A DNA stretch of 64,000 nucleotides from assembly GCA_963664115.2 (NCBI GenBank), contig CAXWPJ010000005.1, forward strand, positions 1 through 64,000, written 5' to 3'. The stretch is from Terriglobia bacterium (GTDB taxonomy: Bacteria; Acidobacteriota; Terriglobia; 20CM-2-55-15). A program made the translations under genes and the position numbers. The notes under the pieces were generated by a model that did no database searches, was not told the origin of the DNA, and saw nothing but the letters and a program-made list of their open reading frames with translations. Below, piece by piece: positions 53,347 to 63,881 of the stretch. Numbering within the stretch: position 1 is the first letter of the stretch; each line of letters starts with the position of its first letter.

Positions 53347-53529
53347 ATGGAATCTGGCACCAAACTCGGTCATTACGAGATCTCAACGCTTTTAGGTAAG
53401 GGTGGAATGGGTGAAGTGTGGCGTGCTCGTGATACCAAGCTCGGGCGCGAAGTTGCGATCAAGACTCTTCCTGCAGAGTTTGCGAAGGATTCAGATCGAC
53501 TCGCCCGGTTTGAACGTGAAGCCAAGCTG
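53347..53529 (+). pseudogene. Orphan kinase 5' stub ([12 protein letters not shown]...FEREAKL)
   Basis: First 61 codons of the kinase family, then unrelated sequence. Confidence 0.85.
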
Positions 53530-53842
53530 CGGATCAGCGGTATAAGCAGTGTCTGACGACTATGGCAGCGCTGTCAGTGTCGTCGTATGGGTGTTATGTC
53601 AATCCGGGTTCAGCGCTTGTACTGCCAGCGCCATGGCATGCCATTGGCTCAGGGTTACCGGTTGCCGCCAGGATGGCAGCGCTACGACCGGACCAAATTT
53701 CAAATATCTTTGCTTAGGTTAGTGGCGAGAGGGGCTAGAAGCCGATGTGTAAGGGGAATAATGAGATCGCCACCCCAGCGATGGGTGCGAACTCATGCCC
53801 CCCTTGATCATTTGGCAGTCAGGCGGGACCGGCCGAAAACTC

Positions 53843-56008
53843 CTAGAACAGCTCCGGCACGTGGAAACTCAACACTGCGTTCTGCTTCATGTCGGACACT
53901 ATGACCGTCTGGTTCTTCGGGTCCAGCGCCATGCCAAAGGGCTTAACGAGTACCTCACCGGGTCCGGCAAAAGTCCAGCGCGGTTCAATGTTGCCATCGT
54001 CTTCGTGGATGTCCCAGACGCCCACATGTGGCGCCTTGTCGTCCGGTCCTCGGATGGCCGCAAAAATCAAACCGCGCGGTGGGAAAACACGAAGCGCTCT
54101 GAGACCTGACAGCTCCGCCTTCGCCCCCCGGATGGACCTGAGGGGCTGCGCATTGCCTTCGGCAGTACGCTCAAAGATGAATATGCCGCGGTTGCCCCCA
54201 GTGACCAGCAGATCGTTGAGGGTATCGACCGCAACCTGCCCCTGGGCTCCCTCCAGAATACGGATCGGCGCCACATTGCCATTCGCCTCCCGCGGGAAGA
54301 CCAGGATTCTACCTGAGTCGGGAACCAGGATTTCGTTGTTAACCGGATCGACCACCATCTTGTCGGGCCGACGCAGCTGAGTCCGGCTGCCTTGAATCAC
54401 TCGCAGTGGAGGCTCTGCTCCATCGGCTCCGCCCCGAAACGTCATGATCGCCTGGGCAAACTGTTGCGGCACCACAACCTCGTCGTTCACCTCATCGTAT
54501 TCGATGCCGTGCATCGTTCGGCCCAGTAGTGTCGACTGTCCTTCGATTCTGCGCATCGGGGCAGCTGCTCCATCCGCCAACCTGGCGAAAGCCGCAATTT
54601 GCGGGTGGGCCACTCAGTTGGGCACTAGAATAGCCTCCCTCTTCGTGTCGTACGCCAGAGCTCCCGGATTGCCGATCATCAAGGCCCTTTGTCCCGCCGG
54701 GGCGCTGCGGATCATGCGAAGGGGGGGAGTGTCACCTTCGGCCCCCAGCTCGAAAACGGTCAGCGAATTATTACCGTAGTTGGCCACCCAGAGCTCTTCG
54801 TTCTTGATGTCCAGAAACAAGCCGACGGGGCTGTCCAGCATCGTTTGTGGCCCCTTCAACACTCGAATTGGCGCCACATCGCCATCCGCGTCGGACGTGA
54901 ACACCAGGATTGATTGCCCGGTGTCGTTGGCAACATACAACTCGCCGCGACGCTCATCCACACCGATACCAGAGGGCCAGTTCAACTGTGTCTTCGGTCC
55001 TACGATGACTCGCACTGGCGGCGCATCGCCGCTGGCGGAGCGCTCGTGGACTGTGATGGCCGGGGGCAAAAATCTCCCCGACCCGGGTACCGCCATGTTG
55101 CGTCCTAACGGTCGAGTCGGCTCCAGGTCATTCGCATCGGCTCCTTCAGCCGATCTGCTGGACACGTGCCCGTGGTTCGTTACATAGATCAGGTCATGCC
55201 CTTTATCGACGGCGATCCCGTGAGGGTTGGCCAGGCGGGTTCGGTCACCTTGCAGCAACCGGATCGGCGGCTCATCCCCTGACGCGAGCTTGCGGAACAC
55301 CACAACTGCGCTGTTGTGCTGGCTGGTCAGGAAGAGCTCCTGATTCTCATCATCCACGGCGATTCCACGCCCTCTGGTCGAATAACCCGTGTTCAGTTGG
55401 CGCGCAGGCGGCACATTCCCTTCCTGATCGCGGGAGAAAACCAGCATTTTAGCGGCGGTATCGGCATGGGTGGCGTAAATGTCTCCCGAGAGCGGATCGA
55501 CATACAGACCGCACACGAACTCAATCTCCGTTTGGTCTCCACCCAAGATCCGCTTTGGTTCAGTCAACGCCGCATTGGGCGGCGTATTCGCCGTTCGGTC
55601 ATACACCAGGATCTGGTGCAGGTTTTCGTCGGCCGCCACCACCTCGTTGCGGTCCGCGTCCACGGAGACGCCGCTAAAGCTGGGACTCGAATCTCGGATA
55701 ACCCGTACGGGATCCCTTCTGAGCCGCACCGTCCGAGATGGTTCCTGCAATGGGAACGCTCGGGCGCCCCCAACTCCCGACATGAGGAGTCCAGCCTGCC
55801 TCTGACCCGCTGCGGCAGCCGAAGCGGTGCTAGCGCTGCCCACCCGCCCTTCCGAAAGCGGTTGATAGCCGTTGAGCCCGGCCTCGTTGCCGGGCTGCCC
55901 CTTCTCTGGGTCCAACGCCGACGAAAGTAGGACCAGGGACAGGCTGACCATCGTGATACCGAGCACCGTCCGTATCAAGGTGCGGTTCGTTTTCGGTGTC
56001 TCAAACAT
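53843..56008 (-). CDS. Secreted NHL-like beta-propeller protein, probable selenoprotein (in-frame TGA 54614-54616)
   Basis: Paralog of 49638-51701 with the same ILVPN*VAHPQIA junction. Confidence 0.75.
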
Positions 56009-56146
56009 GTCTGATTCTCCGTGAATTCATATCCGACCAATTCCTACCGGATCATCCTTGTTGGCCTCGTGCGCCGTAACATAGGCTTCCAGCCTGTGAA
56101 TTCCAAACTTCGGGACGCAGCACTCAACGGTATTATACATTGCCAG

Positions 56147-56938
56147 GGCATTGTCAGGTTATGTCCCCAGCGTGCAGACTGACGGGATGAAGACGCGACG
56201 ATCCCGCTACATCAGGCACCGATTTCCTCCAGAGATTATCAGCCATGCTGTCTGGCTCTACTACCGATTCAGTCTGAGTTTCCGGAATGTCGAGGATCTG
56301 CTCGCTGAGCGCGGCGTGAACGTGACCTACGAATCGATCCGCCAGTGGTCCGTCAAGTTCGGAGCTCAGTATGCGCGTCGATTGAAACGACGCCAGGGGC
56401 GTCTCGGTGACACATGGCACCTGGACGAGGTCTTCGTCACGATTAACGGTGAAAGGCAATATCTCTGGCGTGCCGTGGATCAAGACGGTGATGTGATCGA
56501 TATTTTTGTTACAGCCCCGTCGGGATGGGCGTGCGGCGCGGAGATTCTTTCGGAAGCTGTTAAAGCATCAGGGAAAGGAACCATTCCGTCTCGTGACCGA
56601 CAAGCTGGGCAGCTACCGTGTCGCACATCGCGAACTCACGCCCCTGATCACCCATGATTCCCGCCAATATGCGAACAATTGGGCCGAGGTGTCACACCAG
56701 CCAACGCGACAACGCGAGCGACAAATGCGATGCTTCAAGTCGCCGGATCAGGCTCAGCGCTTCTTGCACGTTCACGGAGTCGTTCAGAATCTCTTTAGAC
56801 TGGCACGACACCGACTCAGGTCGGCTCACTATCGAATGTTGCGCACACGATCCTTCTCGACGTGGGCAGCCGTAACCACAGCGTGAGGTTTGCCTTCCCG
56901 GTCTTTTTCTGCCTTGCGCCAGCTAATTTCACAGTACC
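56147..56938 (+). mobile_element. IS6-family element with frameshifted transposase
   Basis: RHRFPPEII, WHLDE, YLWRAVD, VTDK, NNWAE split over two frames; ends GGCATTGTC / CACAGTACC. Confidence 0.8.
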
Positions 56939-56953
56939 CCCACGAGGGGGAGG

Positions 56954-58012
56954 CTACTGTGACGATTCCAGGAACCAACCCAGCTGTGCCTCGGCGCACT
57001 CACCGACGACGGTCAGATGACGCTGGACGGCTTCTGAGTCAACGAAGGGGTGCGGTTCGCCCGGGTTCCGAAATCGGAGACCGTTGACCTTGGCCAAGGT
57101 ATTGTCATGGTTCGTATGACTGGCCAGAAAGACATCAACGCGGGCCCTTAGTGCGATGTCTCGAAAACGCCGCGCCGAGGCGCTATAGATTGCTAGGCCC
57201 TCTGAACGCTCCGGCCAGTACCGGACCCCCATGGAATTACCTCCCCAGATGCTTCCCAAATGCCAGCGGTCTCCATCCTTGAGTGGAATCAAGGTCGATA
57301 TCGTCCCCGGGGTGTGACCAGGCGTGATATAGAGCGTTACGGTGGTATCACCCAGCGTCAGTTCCATCCCGTCCGTGGCCACCATGTCTTTCCTGGGCTT
57401 CAACTCTGGCGGACTGTTGTCGTTGGCTACGAGATTCCAATCGGCCTCAGACATGATGATGCGCGCTCCGTACCTGTCCTGGAGCGTCTTAGCTCCGTAA
57501 TAGTGGTCGGAATGGCCGTGGGCAATAATGACGTACTTGATGTCGGCCGCATCAAGCCCCATCTGTCGCAGTCCGTCGACGATTTCGTCCTCGACCATAT
57601 AGTCGTAGGCCGTATCGTGGAGAATAATTCCTTCCGAAGTCGTCACCGCCCACATCGCTAGGCCTTGGATGTACGATCCGTCAGCAAGAGTCATCTCATT
57701 GCTACCGATGTAATAAAGGTTGTCGAATATTTTATGTGGCGGTTCGTACCATAGTTCGCGCGGTGGAATCGTTCGGGGGGGCCGCGCAGCCGTCGGCGCC
57801 GCAGGCGGCCGAGCGGACGCATTGATGACGTTTCTAGAGAACTCTCCGCAATTCCTGTCGAATATCCAGGTGAAATCATTTCCAGGTGAGTATGCCGCAG
57901 CCTTGGCTGCGGCCTCATGACTTTCCGGTGTACCGGTCTGCGCGTTCGATTCAGTCGAAATCCAACCGCCTGCAAGCAGGATCGAGAGCACGGACGGCAA
58001 GTAGCGCTTCAT
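56954..58012 (-). CDS. Secreted metallo-beta-lactamase-fold hydrolase (subclass B3-like)
   Basis: PHKIFDNLYYIG, HGHSDH, TPGHTPG; signal peptide. Confidence 0.85.
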   Translation of the reverse strand: MKRYLPSVLSILLAGGWISTESNAQTGTPESHEAAAKAAAYSPGNDFTWIFDRNCGEFSRNVINASARPPAAPTAARPPRTIPPRELWYEPPHKIFDNLYYIGSNEMTLADGSYIQGLAMWAVTTSEGIILHDTAYDYMVEDEIVDGLRQMGLDAADIKYVIIAHGHSDHYYGAKTLQDRYGARIIMSEADWNLVANDNSPPELKPRKDMVATDGMELTLGDTTVTLYITPGHTPGTISTLIPLKDGDRWHLGSIWGGNSMGVRYWPERSEGLAIYSASARRFRDIALRARVDVFLASHTNHDNTLAKVNGLRFRNPGEPHPFVDSEAVQRHLTVVGECAEAQLGWFLESSQ

Positions 58013-58299
58013 GGATTCTCCCCCGTGTTAAGTCAGGATCAATGACGGATGTCGCAAGACTACCAGATACCCAATGGACGACAAAGCCAATCGTTTTCCG
58101 GCCCCTCAGGGAGAGCTTTGTCCAACTTGACATCGTCGTGACGGGTTGAGGCTCTTGGGTTGGCTGCTTTTCTCATCATGAGAGATCCAGCCTACCGGGT
58201 CTGGCGTCGCGATGAGTACTTCGAAGGTTCTGAACCAGAGGAACCAGTCCCTTGGGACCGGTTCACGCTGCGTGCACGAGGCGATGGGCGTCCGACCTC

Positions 58300-58343
58300 A
58301 ATTCCCAAGTCCCGATAAATCATCTTCTCGGACGTTGAGAATT
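58300..58343 (+). repeat. Putative recombination site (ATCATC spacer)
   Basis: AATTCCCAAGTCCCGATAA-ATCATC-TTCTCGGACGTTGAGAATT. Confidence 0.85.
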
Positions 58344-58479
58344 GGCGAGCAGAATTCCCCCGGAAAAATTCAGAAGCCGAACGACCCAGGGGTCGCCGGA
58401 GTCCCAAGCGATGGGCCCCCACTTTGAAGTCAAGCCACTCGCATGCCGTGCTTTGCTTTTCGGCACGCAAACTGCAACC

Positions 58480-58608
58480 TCAGTCAGCCTGCACTTTGCC
58501 TGGTACAATTTCGGTCGAATTCACCAGACATTGAGGGTCAAGCCCGCGATGGAAGTGGATATCACGGACCACATATGGACGTGGGAGGAAATCCTGGGAG
58601 ATAGATAA
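58480..58608 (+). pseudogene. C-terminal remnant of an IS1-like transposase
   Basis: LHFAWYNFGRIHQTLRVKPAME...DHIWTWEEIL. Confidence 0.6.
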
Positions 58609-58668
58609 CCGCCGCTTGATTAGGAATTACCCAACCGGATCGGTTCTGGCCCAGCTTTGGGCCAGCGT

Positions 58669-58869
58669 CTATGGCGTTGGAGGTATAAAAGTGACGCCAT
58701 TTCTTTCAATAAATATTTTCGGAGTCAATGGCGCACCATCCGAACAGTCTGCCCCAGAACTAACAATCACACCTTCACCCACGGTAATCAGAATGCACAC
58801 GGGCATTGAAGGGGCAATCCGCTCCTCCAGATCCTCTATCCGTACATCCAACTCGATGAATTCATCCAT
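58669..58869 (-). CDS. Small peptide with IEDLEERIAP leader-like motif
   Basis: AAGGAG RBS; acidic N-terminus followed by a hydrophobic region with two Cys. Confidence 0.6.
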   Translation of the reverse strand: MDEFIELDVRIEDLEERIAPSMPVCILITVGEGVIVSSGADCSDGAPLTPKIFIERNGVTFIPPTP

Positions 58870-58983
58870 GATCTGCTCCTTGGCGGGAACCCTATCATGG
58901 AGCCATCCAGACGGCTAGGTTTTCGGAAGAGAGTGTCCTAAGTGTCCCCGAACATCCCAGCATTTCCTCCGAATCTTCCCGGG

Positions 58984-59022
58984 TCAAGTCCTGATAAATC
59001 ATCTTCGCGGAAGTTGAGAATT
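58984..59022 (+). repeat. Putative recombination site (ATCATC spacer)
   Basis: TCAAGTCCTGATAA-ATCATC-TTCGCGGAAGTTGAGAATT. Confidence 0.82.
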
Positions 59023-59108
59023 AGTTTTGTTAGCAGATGTAGGTTACTGTCGATTTCTAAACAGATGCAATTAGTCGCCCGCGTTTACACGCGAGCAAGG
59101 AGATCATC

Positions 59109-59396
59109 ATGGCAGTCGGAGTTCAGCTTGATTTCGAGGGCGCAACAATAGAACAATACGACCAGATCTTAGAAAAGATGGGCTTAACCCACCGAGGACC
59201 GGGCGGACCGGGTAGTTTGTTCCATTGGGTGACGAAGACGGAGAACGGCCTGCGTGCCACCGATGTTTGGGAGTCCCGTGAGGTTTTCGAGAAGTTCGCA
59301 GAAGAGAAGATTGGACCGATCTCCCAAGCGGTGGGGGTTCCCGCTGCACCTGTGATCCAGTTCTTCGAGGTTTACAACTACCTCACCGCGGGCTGA
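59109..59396 (+). CDS. Small dimeric alpha+beta barrel (ABM-like) protein
   Basis: T.EQYD...G.LFH...DVWESRE.FEKF pattern; AAGGAG RBS. Confidence 0.7.
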   Translation: MAVGVQLDFEGATIEQYDQILEKMGLTHRGPGGPGSLFHWVTKTENGLRATDVWESREVFEKFAEEKIGPISQAVGVPAAPVIQFFEVYNYLTAG

Positions 59397-59512
59397 GCTG
59401 AAAATGGGATTGGGGGTCGTTACCCGGAGGCTTTAGCCGGGACCCAGATGCGCCAATGTGGTCGGGTGAGCGACTCGTCGCGGGAGTCGCTCTGGACCAG
59501 AACCGGCTGGCC

Positions 59513-59578
59513 CAGCCGCAGATCAACATCGTCCTCAACTGGTTTGAAGAACTGAAGGAACGGGTGCCGGTGCCGTGA
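59513..59578 (+). repeat. Orphan kinase 3' tail (PQINIVLNWFEELKERVPVP*)
   Basis: Matches the other tails. No site follows; IS3 begins 22 nt later. Confidence 0.85.
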
Positions 59579-59600
59579 AGCAGGTCGTTCGTCCCCGCCT

Positions 59601-61089
59601 GTAGCCCGTCAGAGCATTTCGCACAGAATCCGCTGAAAAACTAAGAGACACTTTTCTAATCAGAACGATCTGAAGGAGGATCGAATGAGTGAGAAAGTGT
59701 CGGCAGAGAATCGGGTACGGGAAATTCGTCGGAAGACGAGGAAGAAGTACTCGTCGGAAGAGAAAGTGCGGATTGTGTTGGAAGGACTGCGAGGGGAAGA
59801 GAGCATCGCAGCGCTGTGCCGACGCGAAGGGATTCCATCGAATTTGTATTACCGGTGGAGCAAGGACTTCCTGGAGGCAGGCAAGAAGAGACTGGCTGGG
59901 GACACGAAGCGGGAAGCCACGTCGAGCGAAGTCACTGAGTTGCGGCAGGAAAACGATCAGTTGAAGCAGGTCGTGGCCGAAATACTGCTAAAGAATCGTT
60001 TTCTGAAAAAAACGTTGAACGTAACGGACTCCGAGAGCATCGATATATGAGGCAATCGGGATCTGAGAAGCTGGAGACGATCCGAGTGGTGGAAGACTCG
60101 GAGTTGTCGGTGACAGCGACCCTCCGGGAGCTGGGCGTCCCCCGCAGCACGTTCTACGGTTGGTATCGACGATACAAAGAGCGTGGCGCAGCCGGCTTGT
60201 TAGATCGGCATTCCGGCCCCGGCTTCTGCTGGAACCGGATTCCGGGACCGGTGCGGGAACAGGTGGTCGAAACCGCGTTGAACCACCCGGAAGCCTCACC
60301 GCGGGAACTGGCCTGGCAGATCACCGACACCCAGGACTACTTCATCTCCGAATCCAGCGTGTATCGGATTCTGAAGAGATGCGACCTGATCACCAGTCCC
60401 GCATACATCGTGATGACGGCCAGCGATCACTTCCAGCAGCCAACCCGGCGTGTGAACGAACTCTGGCAAACTGATTTCACTTACTTCAGGGTCGTCGGTT
60501 GGGGTTGGTACTACCTGTCGACCGTGCTGGACGATTACTCTCGCTACATCATCGCCTGGAAGCTCTTTCAAACCATGGCCGCATCTGACGTTCAGGACAC
60601 GCTGGACGTTGCACTACAGGCGACAGATGTCGGACAAGTACAAGTCCGGCACCGACCGCGATTGTTGAGCGACAACGGCCCCTGCTACGTATCGCACGAA
60701 CTCAAAGACTATTTACAACGTCGTGGTATGGAACACACCCGGGGTGCGCCCTATCACCCGATGACACAGGGCAAGATCGAACGCTATCACCGTTCGATGA
60801 AGAACGTGGTCAAGTTGGAACACTACTATTATCCGTGGGAACTTGAGCAGGCGATCGCGCAATGGGTCGAACACTACAACCACCATCGGTATCACGAATC
60901 TCTGAACAACGTGACACCGGCTGACGTGTTCTTCGGGAGGGATCAGCAGATCCTTGCACGTCGTGACCAGATCAAAAGAAAAACGCTGGCTCGACGCAAA
61001 ATCGAGAACCTTAGGATTGGAGTGGTATAACTTCAAAACCGTCTCTTAGCTAAATGGTCTTTTTGTCCGAATTATTCTGACGACGTACA
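59601..61089 (+). mobile_element. IS3-family element, complete (orfA 59685-60050, orfB 60047-61030)
   Basis: TG...CA ends (TGTAGCCCGTCAGA / TCTGACGACGTACA); WQTDFT, SDNG, GKIER DDE motifs. Confidence 0.9.
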
Positions 61090-62397
61090 GTTCAGAGATT
61101 CGTGATACCGATGGTGGTTGTAGTGTTCGACCCATTGCGCGATCGCCTGCTCAAGTTCCCACGGATAATAGTAGTGTTCCAACTTGACCACGTTCTTCAT
61201 CGAACGGTGATAGCGTTCGATCTTGCCCTGTGTCATCGGGTGATAGGGCGCACCCCGGGTGTGTTCCATACCACGACGTTGTAAATAGTCTTTGAGTTCG
61301 TGCGATACGTAGCAGGGGCCGTTGTCGCTCAACAATCGCGGTCGGTGCCGGACTTGTACTTGTCCGACATCTGTCGCCTGTAGTGCAACGTCCAGCGTGT
61401 CCTGAACGTCAGATGCGGCCATGGTTTGAAAGAGCTTCCAGGCGATGATGTAGCGAGAGTAATCGTCCAGCACGGTCGACAGGTAGTACCAACCCCAACC
61501 GACGACCCTGAAGTAAGTGAAATCAGTTTGCCAGAGTTCGTTCACACGCCGGGTTGGCTGCTGGAAGTGATCGCTGGCCGTCATCACGATGTATGCGGGA
61601 CTGGTGATCAGGTCGCATCTCTTCAGAATCCGATACACGCTGGATTCGGAGATGAAGTAGTCCTGGGTGTCGGTGATCTGCCAGGCCAGTTCCCGCGGTG
61701 AGGCTTCCGGGTGGTTCAACGCGGTTTCGACCACCTGTTCCCGCACCGGTCCCGGAATCCGGTTCCAGCAGAAGCCGGGGCCGGAATGCCGATCTAACAA
61801 GCCGGCTGCGCCACGCTCTTTGTATCGTCGATACCAACCGTAGAACGTGCTGCGGGGGACGCCCAGCTCCCGGAGGGTCGCTGTCACCGACAACTCCGAG
61901 TCTTCCACCACTCGGATCGTCTCCAGCTTCTCAGATCCCGATTGCCTCATATATCGATGCTCTCGGAGTCCGTTACGTTCAACGTTTTTTTCAGAAAACG
62001 ATTCTTTAGCAGTATTTCGGCCACGACCTGCTTCAACTGATCGTTTTCCTGCCGCAACTCAGTGACTTCGCTCGACGTGGCTTCCCGCTTCGTGTCCCCA
62101 GCCAGTCTCTTCTTGCCTGCCTCCAGGAAGTCCTTGCTCCACCGGTAATACAAATTCGATGGAATCCCTTCGCGTCGGCACAGCGCTGCGATGCTCTCTT
62201 CACCTCGCAGTCCTTCCAACACAATCCGCACTTTCTCTTCCGACGAGTACTTCTTCCTCGTCTTCCGACGAATCTCCCGTACCCGATTCTCTGCCGACAC
62301 TTTCTCACTCATTCGATCCTCCTTCAGATCGTTCTGATTAGAAAAGTGTCTCTTAGTTTTTCAGCGGATTCTGTGCGAAATGCTCTGACGGGCTACA
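61090..62397 (-). mobile_element. IS3-family element, second copy truncated at its 3' end by copy 1
   Basis: Near-identical inverted copy; stops at HESLN where the right end of copy 1 abuts. Confidence 0.9.
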
Positions 62398-63526
62398 CTG
62401 CCAGGTAGCTGATCGTGTTCGTCCAGGAGTCATTTGGCTGGCCGTCCAGGAAGGCCAACTGACGAACGCGTTCCATAGACTGATTCTCGAGTTCCCGGGC
62501 CGCGAGGAACTCGCCGTAGGACGCGAGCTGGAAACCAATGCCTGTGGAAGTTCTCAGGAGAATGGACTGGTCAAGTTCACTGAGAATCGTTTGCGCTTTC
62601 TCTTCGGATATTGCCATGGCATTCGTGAGGACGCTCGTGGCTTCCTCAACCGTCAGCTCGTTTCGCGAGTAAGTTTCCATGGCAATCGCGAGCATTCTCA
62701 GAGCACGCTGCTGCTGCGTGCGGGAGATAGCCGGCCTACTCTCGATCAATCGAGTGACGACGAAGTCAAGATTGTCGCTTTTCAGGGGGTCAAGACGGCC
62801 CACATTCCGATACCGTTCGACGAGACACGAGAGCACAAACGGAATACCAGCATCGTCTGTCAAATTATGAGCAACGAGTTCAGCCCAGAAGACACCGGGG
62901 TCGACCTGATGGGAGCTCGCGTAGCCGCGGATATCTGACTCGCTGAAAGGGAGTATTCGAAGGACTATGCTGTTAGCCGGAACGAGTGAAGGCCTATTCT
63001 CGAGGAACGCCTGTCTCGACGTGAGGATGAAATCAGCATTCCTGTCCTGAAGCAAGAGCTGTTCGAGATCCGTTCTGAACGTGTCGACAGAGTCAGCTTG
63101 GAGCTCATCGAGGCCGTCAAGGAGGTAGACCCGCTTCAGATTGTCTGCAGCAAGAATGTGCTCGTCTGTGGAACTGTAGAGCACGCCGCTCAAGTCACCA
63201 CTGTAACCTCGGAGGGTAGCGCGCACAGGCACTGCGCTAGGAGAAGCTGCAAGAGCCAAGCGTTTGGCAGCTTCCAGCGTGATTACGGTCTTGCCGGAAC
63301 CCGGTTCGCCAATTAGGACCGTCCGGGAATTCTTCAGAATCGCGTCTAGATCTGGTGATTGCTCGCGGAAGATTCCCCGAAACCTTAGTTCGTCAACGGA
63401 GATCCTCCCAAGATCCGTCACTGATTCGAAGCGCCGGTCCAGGTAGCGTTCTCTTTCTTCCTGATCCAGTTTGTCGAGTAGAGAGTGCAGATACTCCTGA
63501 AGTTCTTCTTGAGTGATACTCGGCAT
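62398..63526 (-). pseudogene. NACHT/STAND-type NTPase, truncated by IS3
   Basis: GEPGSGKT, LLDGLDE, ILTSR motifs; frame ends at the IS3 terminus. Confidence 0.75.
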
Positions 63527-63737
63527 GTGTGAACGGTTCTAGAAGTTCTATTTTGACACGAACTGGGACCGTGAAATTCCGTGTGACTTTGAGGGCTGTC
63601 GGGCTGGACTTTCCAGACGTTCATAAACGCGTTCTTTCCCGTCCGATCCTCATTTCGACCGTTCTGCTCAGAAAGTGCTTCTTGTCTTTCAGTGGATTCT
63701 CGCTGATATGTCCTACCCTGTGTTCTGCTATGGTCGA

Positions 63738-63758
63738 TGTTACTCCAGGTGTTACTCC
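63738..63758 (-). repeat. Integrase arm-type direct repeats (GGAGTAACA x2)
   Basis: Counterpart of 18858-18877. Confidence 0.65.
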
Positions 63759-63759
63759 G

Positions 63760-63788
63760 AACAAAAATGCTCGGGGCCGTCCTCGAGC
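63760..63788 (-). terminator. Possible intrinsic terminator downstream of the tRNA
   Basis: GCTCGAGGACGGCCCCGAGC hairpin followed by ATTTTTGTT. Confidence 0.45.
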
Positions 63789-63808
63789 TAAGTCATTGAT
63801 TTATAAAG

Positions 63809-63881
<73 letters not shown>

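Noticed and set aside
8463-59022. Repeats read as a CRISPR array
   Set aside because: Copies are 0.7 kb to more than 20 kb apart, in both orientations, and no cas genes are present.
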